Shown: positions 1 to 8,396 of the stretch, one piece after another
Position numbering within the stretch: position 1 is the first letter of the stretch
Layout: every line of letters starts with the position of its first letter
NCBI GenBank assembly: GCA_040326155.1
Contig: JBEQLE010000087.1
Coordinates: 1 to 16,211, forward strand
DNA length: 16,211 nt
Reading direction: 5' to 3'
From: Leptospirales bacterium
GTDB taxonomy: Bacteria > Spirochaetota > Leptospiria > Turneriellales > JAOUFE01
Program-made: the position numbers and the translations under genes
Notes under the pieces: model-generated
Databases searched by the model: none
Seen by the model: only the letters and a program-made list of their open reading frames with translations
Told to the model about the DNA's origin: nothing

Positions 1-564
1 ATTGTAAGCCCAGTGCTTGCAAACATTTACCTGCACTATGCCCTTGATCTGTGGTTTGAAAAAAGGGTTAAACCAGTGTGTAGCGGGGACGTATTTATCT
101 GTAGATACGCGGACGATTTTGTCTGTGCATTTCAGTACGCCCGCGACGCCGAGAGGTTTTACAAGGCACTTGGATTACGGCTTGAAAAATTCGGTCTGAG
201 CCTTGCCAAAGACAAAACGAAGATTATTAAATTCTCACGTTTCCATAAAGGAAAAGCGAGTTTTGATTTTCTCGGATTTGAATTTCGATGGGGGATTAAC
301 CGCAAAGGTAACGATTACCTCAGGCGGCGAACTTCGGTAAAGAAATTCAGAGCAAGTCTGGTAAAGTTTAAAGAATGGATTCGGAAAAGTCGTAATTTCC
401 GCTTGCGGAAATTGTGCGATCTACTCAATGCAAAACTACGGGGTTACTACAACTGTTATGGTTTGATCGGTAACTTCGAGAGCTTGAAAAGATTTTATTT
501 CAGGGCCATGGCGATTTTGTACAAATGGTTAAACCGGCGTTCCTACCGTGATTCGGCAATTTAG
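1..564 (+). mobile_element. ltrA: Group II intron reverse transcriptase/maturase, 5' part outside the window and apparently truncated at the 3' end
   Basis: Frame is open from position 1 (IVSPVLANIYLHYALDLWF = RT4). Catalytic YADD at 106-117, FDFLGF (RT7), X/thumb domain LNAKLRGYYNCY...WLNRRS. Stop comes a few codons after WLNRRS, and no domain V/VI hairpin is recognisable downstream. Confidence 0.9.
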
Positions 565-804
565 GAAATATCCACTTTCCTGTTCGAAATAATATGAACC
601 AGCAATTCTAGAAAGATTAAACACTAGAATCATAATTATAAACCTGACCCATAAAATAAACTAAAGGAGTCAGGTCATTATGCAAAATGTCAAAATAAAT
701 TAATTATAGGTGGTTATTTTGTAAATACTGGACATTAATGATGAGCATTTCATTCCCTTCGTCTTTGAATACAAAAGGATCCTTTACAATAAAAGTATAA
801 ATTA

Positions 805-833
805 TTGACATGTCATTCCCGCAACCTTATTAT
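805..833 (+). promoter_or_regulatory. Sigma70-type promoter of the TA operon with an overlapping palindromic operator
   Basis: TTGACA (805-810), 17-bp spacer, TATTAT (828-833). Perfect 10-bp palindrome TGACATGTCA (806-815) overlaps the -35. Confidence 0.7.
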
Positions 834-840
834 ACTCAAG

Positions 841-1038
841 ATGACTATCAAACAAGAAGCTATTAATCTTATTGAAAAGTTGCCGGAAGAAAGTTCTACA
901 TTGGATATTATGGCCGAATTGCACTTTAAATCAAAAGTTGAAAAAGGCCTGAAAGATATTGAGGAAGGCAGACTTTTATCGCAAGAAGAAGTAGAGCAAA
1001 AGATGAGGACATGGGCAAAGTCCATTGGTCAGAAATAG
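841..1038 (+). CDS. Putative type II antitoxin (65 aa), partner of the RelE/ParE toxin
   Basis: Small acidic ORF (KQEAINLIEKLPEE...KVEKGLKDIEEGRLLSQEEVEQKM) typical of antitoxins upstream of ParE/RelE; overlaps the toxin start by 28 nt. ATG 841 is preferred because the track's TTG 805 lies in the -35 box. Confidence 0.8.
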   Translation: MTIKQEAINLIEKLPEESSTLDIMAELHFKSKVEKGLKDIEEGRLLSQEEVEQKMRTWAKSIGQK

Positions 1039-1325
1039 CCCAATTTGATTTAGAAAATATTGGTGATTATATAGCCGACGATCCACCAATATTTGCTATT
1101 GAATTTATTGAAAATCTATTGCAGCATACTCGCAACTTAGAAAATTATCCATTTATTGGTAGAGTTGTGCCAGAATTTGAAATCGAAAGTTTACGTGAAA
1201 TAATTTATTTTAACTATCGCATTGTTTACAAATTAAAAAGTGAAATTATTTATATCGTATCCATCACTCATAGTAGTATGGATATAAAAAATAAAGCGAA
1301 AAAACAAAAATGGGAAGTACATTGA
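1011..1325 (+). CDS. Type II toxin, RelE/ParE family
   Basis: 104 aa with VHWSEIAQFDLENIGDYIA, LENYPFIGRVVPE, LREIIYFNYRIVY, IYIVSITH; GAGG RBS upstream. Confidence 0.9.
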   Translation: MGKVHWSEIAQFDLENIGDYIADDPPIFAIEFIENLLQHTRNLENYPFIGRVVPEFEIESLREIIYFNYRIVYKLKSEIIYIVSITHSSMDIKNKAKKQKWEVH

Positions 1326-1372
1326 TAGTCAATTCCAATAAATAGTTCCAAAACTTCTTATACTATTGCCAA

Positions 1373-1561
1373 ACTTCAGATAACAATTTTTGATCTGCTC
1401 AGACGCGCCTTCGCGGGTGTTCGGGTTTCGCTTGCGCTTAACCACATTTTGCCACTTTCCGGCTGATTCGCTTTGACTCGCGCAAATTATTGAGGTTAAT
1501 TGGCGCTCGCTTGGCTGACTTCGGAAGTCTTAAAGCATTATATAAAATTAAAGCGTTAAGC
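1373..1561 (+). repeat. Degenerate attC-like (integron cassette recombination site-like) element
   Basis: GC-rich island just after the toxin. Begins ACTTCAGATAAC (1373-1384) and ends ACTTCGGAAGTC...ATTATATAAAAT (8/12 complementary to the left end). A nested perfect RYYYAAC/GTTRRRY pair is present: GCTTAAC 1436-1442 and GTTAAGC 1555-1561. L boxes are not clean. Confidence 0.45.
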
Positions 1562-1690
1562 AGTTATTTGGTCATAGCAGTCCTTCAGCTATGGCAAGGC
1601 AATGCCGCAAGTGATGAGGCGTAAAGTTTTCTATACAGGCCTACAAAAATACTTTTACCTGACTCGTCGTCTGCCAAAATTTGATTGGTT
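1556..1690 (-). pseudogene. Degraded tyrosine recombinase (integrase) catalytic-domain fragment
   Basis: Minus-strand 1640->1572 translates as ACIENFTPHHLRHCLAIAEGLL*, containing the box II H-x-L-R-H motif. Neighbouring frames give SNFGRRRVR upstream and LKDCYDQITA* downstream. In-frame stops and frameshifts present. Confidence 0.6.
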
Positions 1691-2548
1691 TTAAAGTCCC
1701 CAATCTCGGGGGTATCGGAATTCTCGGTCGACGGTGGTTTCGGAGAGTTTGACTATGATGGGCATTTTGCGTTTAAACTGGGAGCGTTGTACTTTTTGAA
1801 ATACCAGATCGGCGTTTTCGGGGTTTTCACCGGATGCTTTTAGAGCTGCGGTAATTCTTGTTTTGGGCCACGCTTTGTCTATCCAGTGGTATAAAATTCG
1901 GTCGGCGAGATTGTAGGTAATGTCCATTTCGTCTTCGTCGTTCTGGCCTTCCCAGAGGTCAGCGCTGGGGGGTTTATCGATAATGTTGTCAGGTACGCCG
2001 AGTTCGCGGGACAGGGCTCTGACCTGGAATTTGTAAAGGTCGCCCAACGGGTTTACCGCCGATGCCATGTCGCCCCAGAGAGTGCTATAGCCCAGGAGCA
2101 TTTCTGTTTTATTGCTAGTGCCTAAAACAAGAGCGCGCCTGGCGGCGGATTGGTCGTATAAAACAATCATGCGAAGTCTGGCCAGAATGTTGCCGCGTCG
2201 TAATCTTTCTTCCGGTGGGAAGGTTGCAAAATATGGATCGGCCATGTTTGTAATTTCAACGGTGTCTAGTTTTACCCCGAGTTTGTCGGTGGCCTCATGG
2301 GCGTGGTCTCTGGAAGATGGCGAGCTGCTCTGGTAGGGCATGAAAATCGCGTGAATATTCTCTTTCGGAAATACGCGAGCGGCCAGGTAAAGAGTGAGCG
2401 CCGAGTCGATACCCCCGCTGACACCGATTACAACTTTTGAGATACCTGTTTTGGTTACTTCGTTTTGAAGCGTTCGGGTTAAAATAGTCAGAGCCGTTTT
2501 TGTATTTATGGGCGGCAATGCCAGAGCGGTTTCGAGAGTTTTACTCAT
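1691..2548 (-). CDS. nadE: NAD+ synthetase (synthetase domain only)
   Basis: GVSGGIDSA PP-loop, GNILARLRM, GTSNKTE..LGYSTLWGD, DLYK, KPPSADLWEGQNDE, SQFKR. Confidence 0.95.
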   Translation of the reverse strand: MSKTLETALALPPINTKTALTILTRTLQNEVTKTGISKVVIGVSGGIDSALTLYLAARVFPKENIHAIFMPYQSSSPSSRDHAHEATDKLGVKLDTVEITNMADPYFATFPPEERLRRGNILARLRMIVLYDQSAARRALVLGTSNKTEMLLGYSTLWGDMASAVNPLGDLYKFQVRALSRELGVPDNIIDKPPSADLWEGQNDEDEMDITYNLADRILYHWIDKAWPKTRITAALKASGENPENADLVFQKVQRSQFKRKMPIIVKLSETTVDREFRYPRDWGL

Positions 2549-3386
2549 GTTCTTTATGCGCCAGGTCTAGAATTCTACGGTTTAAGTCCCAGTTCTCATA
2601 TTGAAAAGGGCCTCCATGACTAAATGCCGAATCGAGATCGCTTAAGTGGACTTCGACATCTACCGGGTTTTCGCTGAAGCTTTCGCAGGTTTCCCGGTTA
2701 GGCGATACAAAAATGGAGATACCGTCAAAGTAAACCCCGTCTTCGGAACCCGAACGATTTACGTAATAGTAAAATTGACCAAAGCTTTCTGAATATACTT
2801 CGAGACGTCGTTTCCATTTTTGGGAGGATGCTATATCGCTGCCTTCATTGGACACCCCTCGCGCTGGCGAACAAGAAATAATAAATACATGTTTTACTCC
2901 GTGGGCGTATAAACTGTAGGGAAGGGCGGGGTGAAAGGCGTCTTCGCATACCAACAAAGCGCTTTTGCCCAGTCTGCTTTCAAAGCTCAACAGATTTCTA
3001 CCGGAACTAAAATATCGTTTTTCGTCGAAAAGACCATAGGTTGGAAGGTAAATTTTTCGGTGAATATGATGAATTTTTCCATCTTTCAGGACCAGACCTG
3101 CGTTAAATATTTTACCGTTTTCTTTTATAAGGGCTCCTAAAATAATATCAACGGAACTGCTTATTTGAAGAAGTTCATCGGGAAGACCTTTGTCCAGATC
3201 GATTGCGCTTGACATAGCCAGGTTTTCGAGCAGGTAGCCTGAGGTAGAGAGTTCGGGAAAAATAATAATGTCAGGATTATTTTTTTTCTGTATTTCTTTT
3301 ATTTGTGAAACAATTGCAGTAATATTACTTTCGACTTCGCCCAGCTTTGGGAAAAACGGGACAAACGTTATGCGAGCATTTTTCAT
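2541..3386 (-). CDS. Nitrilase/carbon-nitrogen hydrolase, probable glutaminase subunit of NAD synthetase
   Basis: Glu-Lys-Cys triad (IFPEL, HRKIYLPTYGLFDEKRYF, LVCEDA). The LPTYGLFDEKRYF segment resembles the NadE glutaminase domain. Overlaps nadE by 8 bp. Confidence 0.88.
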   Translation of the reverse strand: MKNARITFVPFFPKLGEVESNITAIVSQIKEIQKKNNPDIIIFPELSTSGYLLENLAMSSAIDLDKGLPDELLQISSSVDIILGALIKENGKIFNAGLVLKDGKIHHIHRKIYLPTYGLFDEKRYFSSGRNLLSFESRLGKSALLVCEDAFHPALPYSLYAHGVKHVFIISCSPARGVSNEGSDIASSQKWKRRLEVYSESFGQFYYYVNRSGSEDGVYFDGISIFVSPNRETCESFSENPVDVEVHLSDLDSAFSHGGPFQYENWDLNRRILDLAHKEHE

Positions 3387-3416
3387 TGTGTTTCCCGTTA
3401 TTCTAATAAACCGGTG

Positions 3417-4784
3417 TTAAAGATTTTGCAGTGTCAATAAAACACCAGCCGCTACAGCCGACCCGATGACTCCCGCAACATTTGGTCCCATGGCATGCAT
3501 AAGTAAAAAGTTTTGCGGGTCTGCTTTTGCTCCCTCTGTTTGTGACACTCGCGCCGCCATGGGAACCGCAGATACACCGGCAGAGCCTATTAATGGGTTA
3601 ATTTTATCTTTTGAAACTGCGTTCATGGCTTTTGCCATAAGAATGCCCATGGCCGTTCCAACAGCGAAAGCTAGAATTCCCAGAACCAAAATTCCCAGCG
3701 TTTCAATATTTAAGAACTTGTCTGCCGAGAGTTTTGTTCCCACGCCCAGCCCCAGGAAAATGGTAACAATGTTGATTAATGCATTTTGTGTTGTGTCCGA
3801 TAAACGATCAACTACGCCGGACTCTTTCATTAAGTTTCCAAACATAAAAAAGCCAATGAGAGGCGTGGCGGACGGTAGAAATATAATGGCTAATAACAGA
3901 ACAACTATTGGAAAAATTATTTTCTCGGCTTTACTTACATAACGTAACTGACGCATCCGAATTTTTCGCTCTTTTTCGGTGGTTAAAGCTCTCATAATAG
4001 GAGGCTGAATAATAGGAACGAGGGCCATGTACGAGTAGGCGGCCACAGCGATGGAGCCTAATAAATCGGGTGATAACTTACTGGCTAAAAATATTGCCGT
4101 AGGTCCGTCCGCTCCCCCGATAATTCCAATTGCCGAAGCGTCCAGCAGGTCAAAGTTAATGCCGTCCACATATTTCGATAGAGCCAAAGCTCCAATTAAT
4201 GTTGTGAAAATACCAAACTGGGCAGCTCCCCCGAGAAGAGCCGTTTTCGGGTTGGCCAGCATGGGACCAAAATCGGTCATAGCTCCGACACCCATAAATA
4301 TTAACAGTGGAAAAACTCCGGTTTCTATTCCTATGTGATATACATAATAAAGAACTCCAGCGGAAACTTCTACCCCGGTAACGGGGTCTATTCCAGCGGG
4401 ATCGTTTATTCCAGCCAGAGGAATATTGGATAGCAGACACCCAAAGGCGATGGGTATCAGCAGCAGCGGTTCAAACTTTTTAACAATGGCGAGGTATAGT
4501 AATAAAAAAGAGATCAGAATCATAAGTATGCGACCGTAACTCTCTTCCCATCCGAATTCGTCGACGCGCATAATTTCGGCAATACCTGTGGAGTCCCAGA
4601 GGTTATCGAGCACTTTATCCATGCCGGGTAGTTCAGTCAGCCTGGTTTTTTCTTTTTTGACTTCTACTTTTTCAGGGGTTTTGGCTTCTGTAATAACTGC
4701 AGTGGAAAATGCCGGTGCTGCCAGAGTGACACCGAGAAGAATGCCCAGTAAAGTACGGGAGATTATTTTGAAAATACGTTTCAT
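3417..4784 (-). CDS. oadB: Na+-translocating decarboxylase beta subunit
   Basis: [75 protein letters not shown]. Start placed at ATG 4784 (MKRIFK), 11 bp after the oadA stop. Confidence 0.95.
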   Translation of the reverse strand: MKRIFKIISRTLLGILLGVTLAAPAFSTAVITEAKTPEKVEVKKEKTRLTELPGMDKVLDNLWDSTGIAEIMRVDEFGWEESYGRILMILISFLLLYLAIVKKFEPLLLIPIAFGCLLSNIPLAGINDPAGIDPVTGVEVSAGVLYYVYHIGIETGVFPLLIFMGVGAMTDFGPMLANPKTALLGGAAQFGIFTTLIGALALSKYVDGINFDLLDASAIGIIGGADGPTAIFLASKLSPDLLGSIAVAAYSYMALVPIIQPPIMRALTTEKERKIRMRQLRYVSKAEKIIFPIVVLLLAIIFLPSATPLIGFFMFGNLMKESGVVDRLSDTTQNALINIVTIFLGLGVGTKLSADKFLNIETLGILVLGILAFAVGTAMGILMAKAMNAVSKDKINPLIGSAGVSAVPMAARVSQTEGAKADPQNFLLMHAMGPNVAGVIGSAVAAGVLLTLQNL

Positions 4785-4795
4785 AATTGTGAATG

Positions 4796-6571
4796 TTAAG
4801 ATAACGTGCACAGAACCTGGCCGCTTTCTACCACCTCTCCTTTTTCTACATGGATGGACTCCACTGTTCCACTTGCAGGAGCTGCAACAGGAGTTTCCAT
4901 TTTCATGGCTTCTAAAATGATTAACACATCGCCTTCTGAAACTTCATCGCCGGGTGAAACTAGAATGTTATAGACATTTCCGGGAACTTGAGATTGTACA
5001 TCAATCTGGCCTTCGGATGCAGGAGCCGCTGACTTTGGTTGAATCGATTGAACGCTGCCGGTTCCTTCCTGGACGCCGACTTCATAAGATTTGCCGTCTA
5101 CGGTAACCGTATATACTCCGCTTGATGAACCCGAAGCTGTTTTTGTTGGAGTTCTTGGCGCTGGTTCTGTTGAAATCTTGCGTACATTGACCGAGTAATT
5201 ACCTTTTAAAAAGTCCAGCCCTTTGTTACCGCCTTCTGTTGCCAGAGCGCCTACAATAAATATATTCTCATCGGTGGTCTCTAGACCCTCTTTAATCAGT
5301 ATCTCTTTTGCCGCAGGAATTCCCGGTTCCAGAATATCGAGTGGATTTCCACTGAAAGGTTCCAACTGCATTTGTTCGGCGGCAATTTTAACCACCTCAG
5401 GATCGGGGTTTACCGGTGTTTTTCCAAAATATCCCAGTACCATTCTGCCATAGCCGTCCGTAATTTTTTTCCAGGGCCCCTGGGTTACATTGGCATAAGC
5501 TTGTTGAAAATAAAATTGCGAAACGGGGGTAACCGATGTGCCATAACCGCCTTTGGCTACGCACTCACCCATGGCATCAATTACTTTCGGATACAGATCC
5601 AACGTACCTGTATCTCTCATCATCATTGTATTGGCTGTAAGCGCTCCCCCTGGCATGGGAGAGAAAATGACTTCTGGTGATATTCCCAATGCTTCTGGTG
5701 GGAAAAAATAATCGCTTAAAGCTTCTTTAAATATGGCGTTTGCTTCTAGAATTTTTTTTGGGTCGATATCAAGACTGTAATCGGTCCCTTTCAATGCATG
5801 CCACATGGCAATCAGGTCAGGTTGAGAGGTGCCGCCTGAAACGGGAGATCTTGCCAGGCAAAGTCCGTCGATTCCACCCTCAACAGCCGCTTTATATTGG
5901 GTTATACCAACACCCGCTGTATCGTGGGAGTGAATCCAGAGTTTAATATCGTCACCTACAAGTTTTCGCGCCCCTTTGACAGTTTCGAAAACCTTATTCG
6001 GATTTGCCGTTCCTGTTGAGTCTTTAAAAGCAATAGAATCGAAAGGCAGTCCAGAATCGAGGATTTTTTTCAGCGTAGCAATGTAGAATTCAGGGTCATG
6101 TGAACCGGTCAGACCGGCGGGAAGTTCCATTAAAGTAACGGAGACCTGGTGTTTGAGTCCGGCGTTGTGAATTGCCTGCCCCGAGTACTCTAGGTTTTGA
6201 ACATCATTTAAAGCGTCAAAATTTCGAACATTGGTCATGCCGTGTTTTTTAAACAATTTAGCGTGCAGGTCGATCATATCGCGCGGTTGTGCATTTAAAG
6301 CTACCACACTGATGCCTCGGGCCAACGTTTGAAGCTTAGCATCGGGACCGACTGTTTCTCGAAATTTGTCCATCATGTCGAAGGCCGATTCGCCGCAGTA
6401 CATAAAAAGACTCTGGAACCTGGCTCCTCCACCTGCTTCGAAGTGGTTAATGCCTGCGTCGACAGCAGCCTGTATTGCCGGAATAAAATCTTCGGTTAAA
6501 ACCCGGGCTCCAAAATAGGATTGAAATCCGTCCCTGAAAGAGGTGTCCATAAAATCAATTTTCTTTTTCAT
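4796..6571 (-). CDS. oadA: Oxaloacetate decarboxylase alpha subunit (carboxyltransferase + biotin carrier domain)
   Basis: [37 protein letters not shown]-terminal biotinyl domain with EAMKME; lies between oadG and oadB. Confidence 0.9.
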   Translation of the reverse strand: MKKKIDFMDTSFRDGFQSYFGARVLTEDFIPAIQAAVDAGINHFEAGGGARFQSLFMYCGESAFDMMDKFRETVGPDAKLQTLARGISVVALNAQPRDMIDLHAKLFKKHGMTNVRNFDALNDVQNLEYSGQAIHNAGLKHQVSVTLMELPAGLTGSHDPEFYIATLKKILDSGLPFDSIAFKDSTGTANPNKVFETVKGARKLVGDDIKLWIHSHDTAGVGITQYKAAVEGGIDGLCLARSPVSGGTSQPDLIAMWHALKGTDYSLDIDPKKILEANAIFKEALSDYFFPPEALGISPEVIFSPMPGGALTANTMMMRDTGTLDLYPKVIDAMGECVAKGGYGTSVTPVSQFYFQQAYANVTQGPWKKITDGYGRMVLGYFGKTPVNPDPEVVKIAAEQMQLEPFSGNPLDILEPGIPAAKEILIKEGLETTDENIFIVGALATEGGNKGLDFLKGNYSVNVRKISTEPAPRTPTKTASGSSSGVYTVTVDGKSYEVGVQEGTGSVQSIQPKSAAPASEGQIDVQSQVPGNVYNILVSPGDEVSEGDVLIILEAMKMETPVAAPASGTVESIHVEKGEVVESGQVLCTLS

Positions 6572-6611
6572 AATAATGTTCTCTTTAATTTATTGTTTTG
6601 TATTATTTTAT

Positions 6612-6854
6612 TTACGATTTTGATCGGTGTGTTTCTACGGCAGCAGAAATAACAGCCACCAGTTTAGATTTGTCTTGTTTATCAACAGCCGGTTTTCGGG
6701 AGCCGGCCCCATTCGTTTTTTGTTCGTTTTCTTCTGACAACGCAGCAGTACGTAACAATGTCGCGATAAACTGAATTAGCACGATCATAACAACCAGATA
6801 GACGAAAACTACGCCCATTCCCATTGCCATTAACTTTAAACCTGAAATTACCAT
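6612..6854 (-). CDS. oadG: Decarboxylase gamma subunit (OadG family)
   Basis: 80 aa, GLKLMAMGMGVVFVYLVVMI TM helix and LVAVISAAV..HR C-terminus; first gene of oadGAB. Confidence 0.9.
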   Translation of the reverse strand: MVISGLKLMAMGMGVVFVYLVVMIVLIQFIATLLRTAALSEENEQKTNGAGSRKPAVDKQDKSKLVAVISAAVETHRSKS

Positions 6855-6996
6855 ATTTTTTAACCTGCTTAGATGGCGTTGTAAACGCGAAGCTAAGACT
6901 TCGCCACAAAGTAATCTTATTTATCGCTGACAAGATTTTTTTTCTAATTATTTATTTACAGTTCGAATCGAAGGCTGTGTTTACCATTTATAATTC

Positions 6997-7473
6997 ATGA
7001 TGAATACGAAAATGAAAATAATAAAGATTTTTCGCAAATTTGGACTCTCTTTTATCATTATACCGATGGTTGGTCTGTTTGCCGGAGGCAAAATCGGCCT
7101 GGAACTGAGTCCCAATGAAGAAAAAGCGCAACGTGCAACCATGGTCGATCTGGATATTCGTATTCGTAACATTGCATCGATGCTTTCTTTAAGAGACGGC
7201 GCGGGGCTTTACTCTAACTTTAGAAAGCTGGAGCGAATAGACGTAGAACGTCCCAATCAGTTTAAAAAAAGCTATACCAGTTTATACCAAAAATGGGAAA
7301 AAAACAGTCTCGCAAAATATATGAACAATGTAAAGGTTTTTGCTGCATCTGGCAGAAAGTATTTATCTGATAAATATAATACGGAGTCCAAAATTGAGTG
7401 GGCAAGAGTTGAAAAAGAATTTAGTAAAATAATGAACGAATGTCGCAACTGTCACGCCGCCGTCGGGTTATAA
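6997..7473 (+). CDS. Exported class II (cytochrome c'/c556-like) monoheme cytochrome c
   Basis: Basic + hydrophobic N-terminal signal, helical body, single CxxCH (CRNCH, 7441-7455) at the extreme C-terminus. True start could be 6997, 7000 or 7012. Confidence 0.6.
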   Translation: MMNTKMKIIKIFRKFGLSFIIIPMVGLFAGGKIGLELSPNEEKAQRATMVDLDIRIRNIASMLSLRDGAGLYSNFRKLERIDVERPNQFKKSYTSLYQKWEKNSLAKYMNNVKVFAASGRKYLSDKYNTESKIEWARVEKEFSKIMNECRNCHAAVGL

Positions 7474-7483
7474 AGAGGAAATT

Positions 7484-8341
7484 ATGTTAAGGAAATTATA
7501 CGAACTGCACAGGTTATGGAAAAACTATGCGCGAAGAAAACCAAATTTATACCACATTGTTTCTCTCGGCGGAATAGTGTTCTGGGTATTTTTGTTTAAA
7601 AGCGTTGTCTTAGATGCAAATAATATTCCCACAGGATCAATGATACCGACGCTTAAAATTGGCGATTTTCTATTTGTAAATAAGATGCGCTATACCATTC
7701 ATTTTCCATTTACGGATATAAACCTGCTTAGAATTGGCGTGCCGGAACGGGGTGATATCGTAACTTTTAATCCACCTGAAGAGATAAAATACCTCGAAGG
7801 CAAAAGGCTGGTAAAAAGGATTGTGGGTATTCCAGGCGATGTATTGAAAGTGGTAGAAGATGAAATTATGGTAAACGGGGTAGCGTACACTGTGGAATCG
7901 GCAACAGATCGGACGATTTTAAATGACCTTGATTATCCAAAAAGTAATTATTCCAGGAACAGTGATGAGTTGAGAGAGGATTTAAAATTATATAAAGAAA
8001 AGATAATAGACCCGGAAACGAAAAAGGTTATAAAAGAGCATTACATGATGAAGGATAGAACCTGGAAAGATGCGGATAAAAGGTATATTATACCCGAAGG
8101 GAAATATTTTGTAATGGGCGATAATCGCGATAATTCGGACGATTCACGAAGCTGGGGTATGCTCGATATTGAGGATATTCATGGGAAAGTGTTTATGGTA
8201 TATTTCTCTGTAAACTGGGGCTCTCGAGATGAGATGAGTTCGGAGCCGGTGAATCCGTTTTTCAGTTTTTATCGATATATAACCGGTCGAGCTGAAAATG
8301 TTGCCGTAAGATGGGATCGTGTTGGTATGAGAGTCGATTGA
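7484..8341 (+). CDS. lepB: Signal peptidase I
   Basis: TM helix, IPTGSMIPTL (catalytic Ser), RGDIVTF, LVKRIVG (catalytic Lys), GDNRDNSDDSR; GAGG RBS. Confidence 0.95.
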   Translation: MLRKLYELHRLWKNYARRKPNLYHIVSLGGIVFWVFLFKSVVLDANNIPTGSMIPTLKIGDFLFVNKMRYTIHFPFTDINLLRIGVPERGDIVTFNPPEEIKYLEGKRLVKRIVGIPGDVLKVVEDEIMVNGVAYTVESATDRTILNDLDYPKSNYSRNSDELREDLKLYKEKIIDPETKKVIKEHYMMKDRTWKDADKRYIIPEGKYFVMGDNRDNSDDSRSWGMLDIEDIHGKVFMVYFSVNWGSRDEMSSEPVNPFFSFYRYITGRAENVAVRWDRVGMRVD

Positions 8342-8396
8342 AAACTCCATTTCGGAACTTCAGGCAAACTCGGTATTTACCGATGATTAAATATTA

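Noticed and set aside
704..811. 35-aa minus-strand ORF (MSIIYTFIVKDPF...) divergent from the TA
   Set aside because: Short, start codon overlaps the TA -35/operator, weak RBS, no recognisable motif.
1..1325. RT plus toxin as a retron-like or Abi-RT defence system
   Set aside because: The RT has group II intron signatures including the X domain and is truncated; the TA has its own promoter and cognate antitoxin; no msr/msd-like structure seen.
1571..1595. Hairpin GTCATAGC/GCTATGGC as nadE terminator
   Set aside because: No U-tract on the minus strand, and it lies within the integrase remnant; function unsupported.
4785..4811. Track start for oadB at 4811
   Set aside because: Overlaps the oadA 3' end; ATG 4784 gives a typical basic N-terminus just after the oadA stop.
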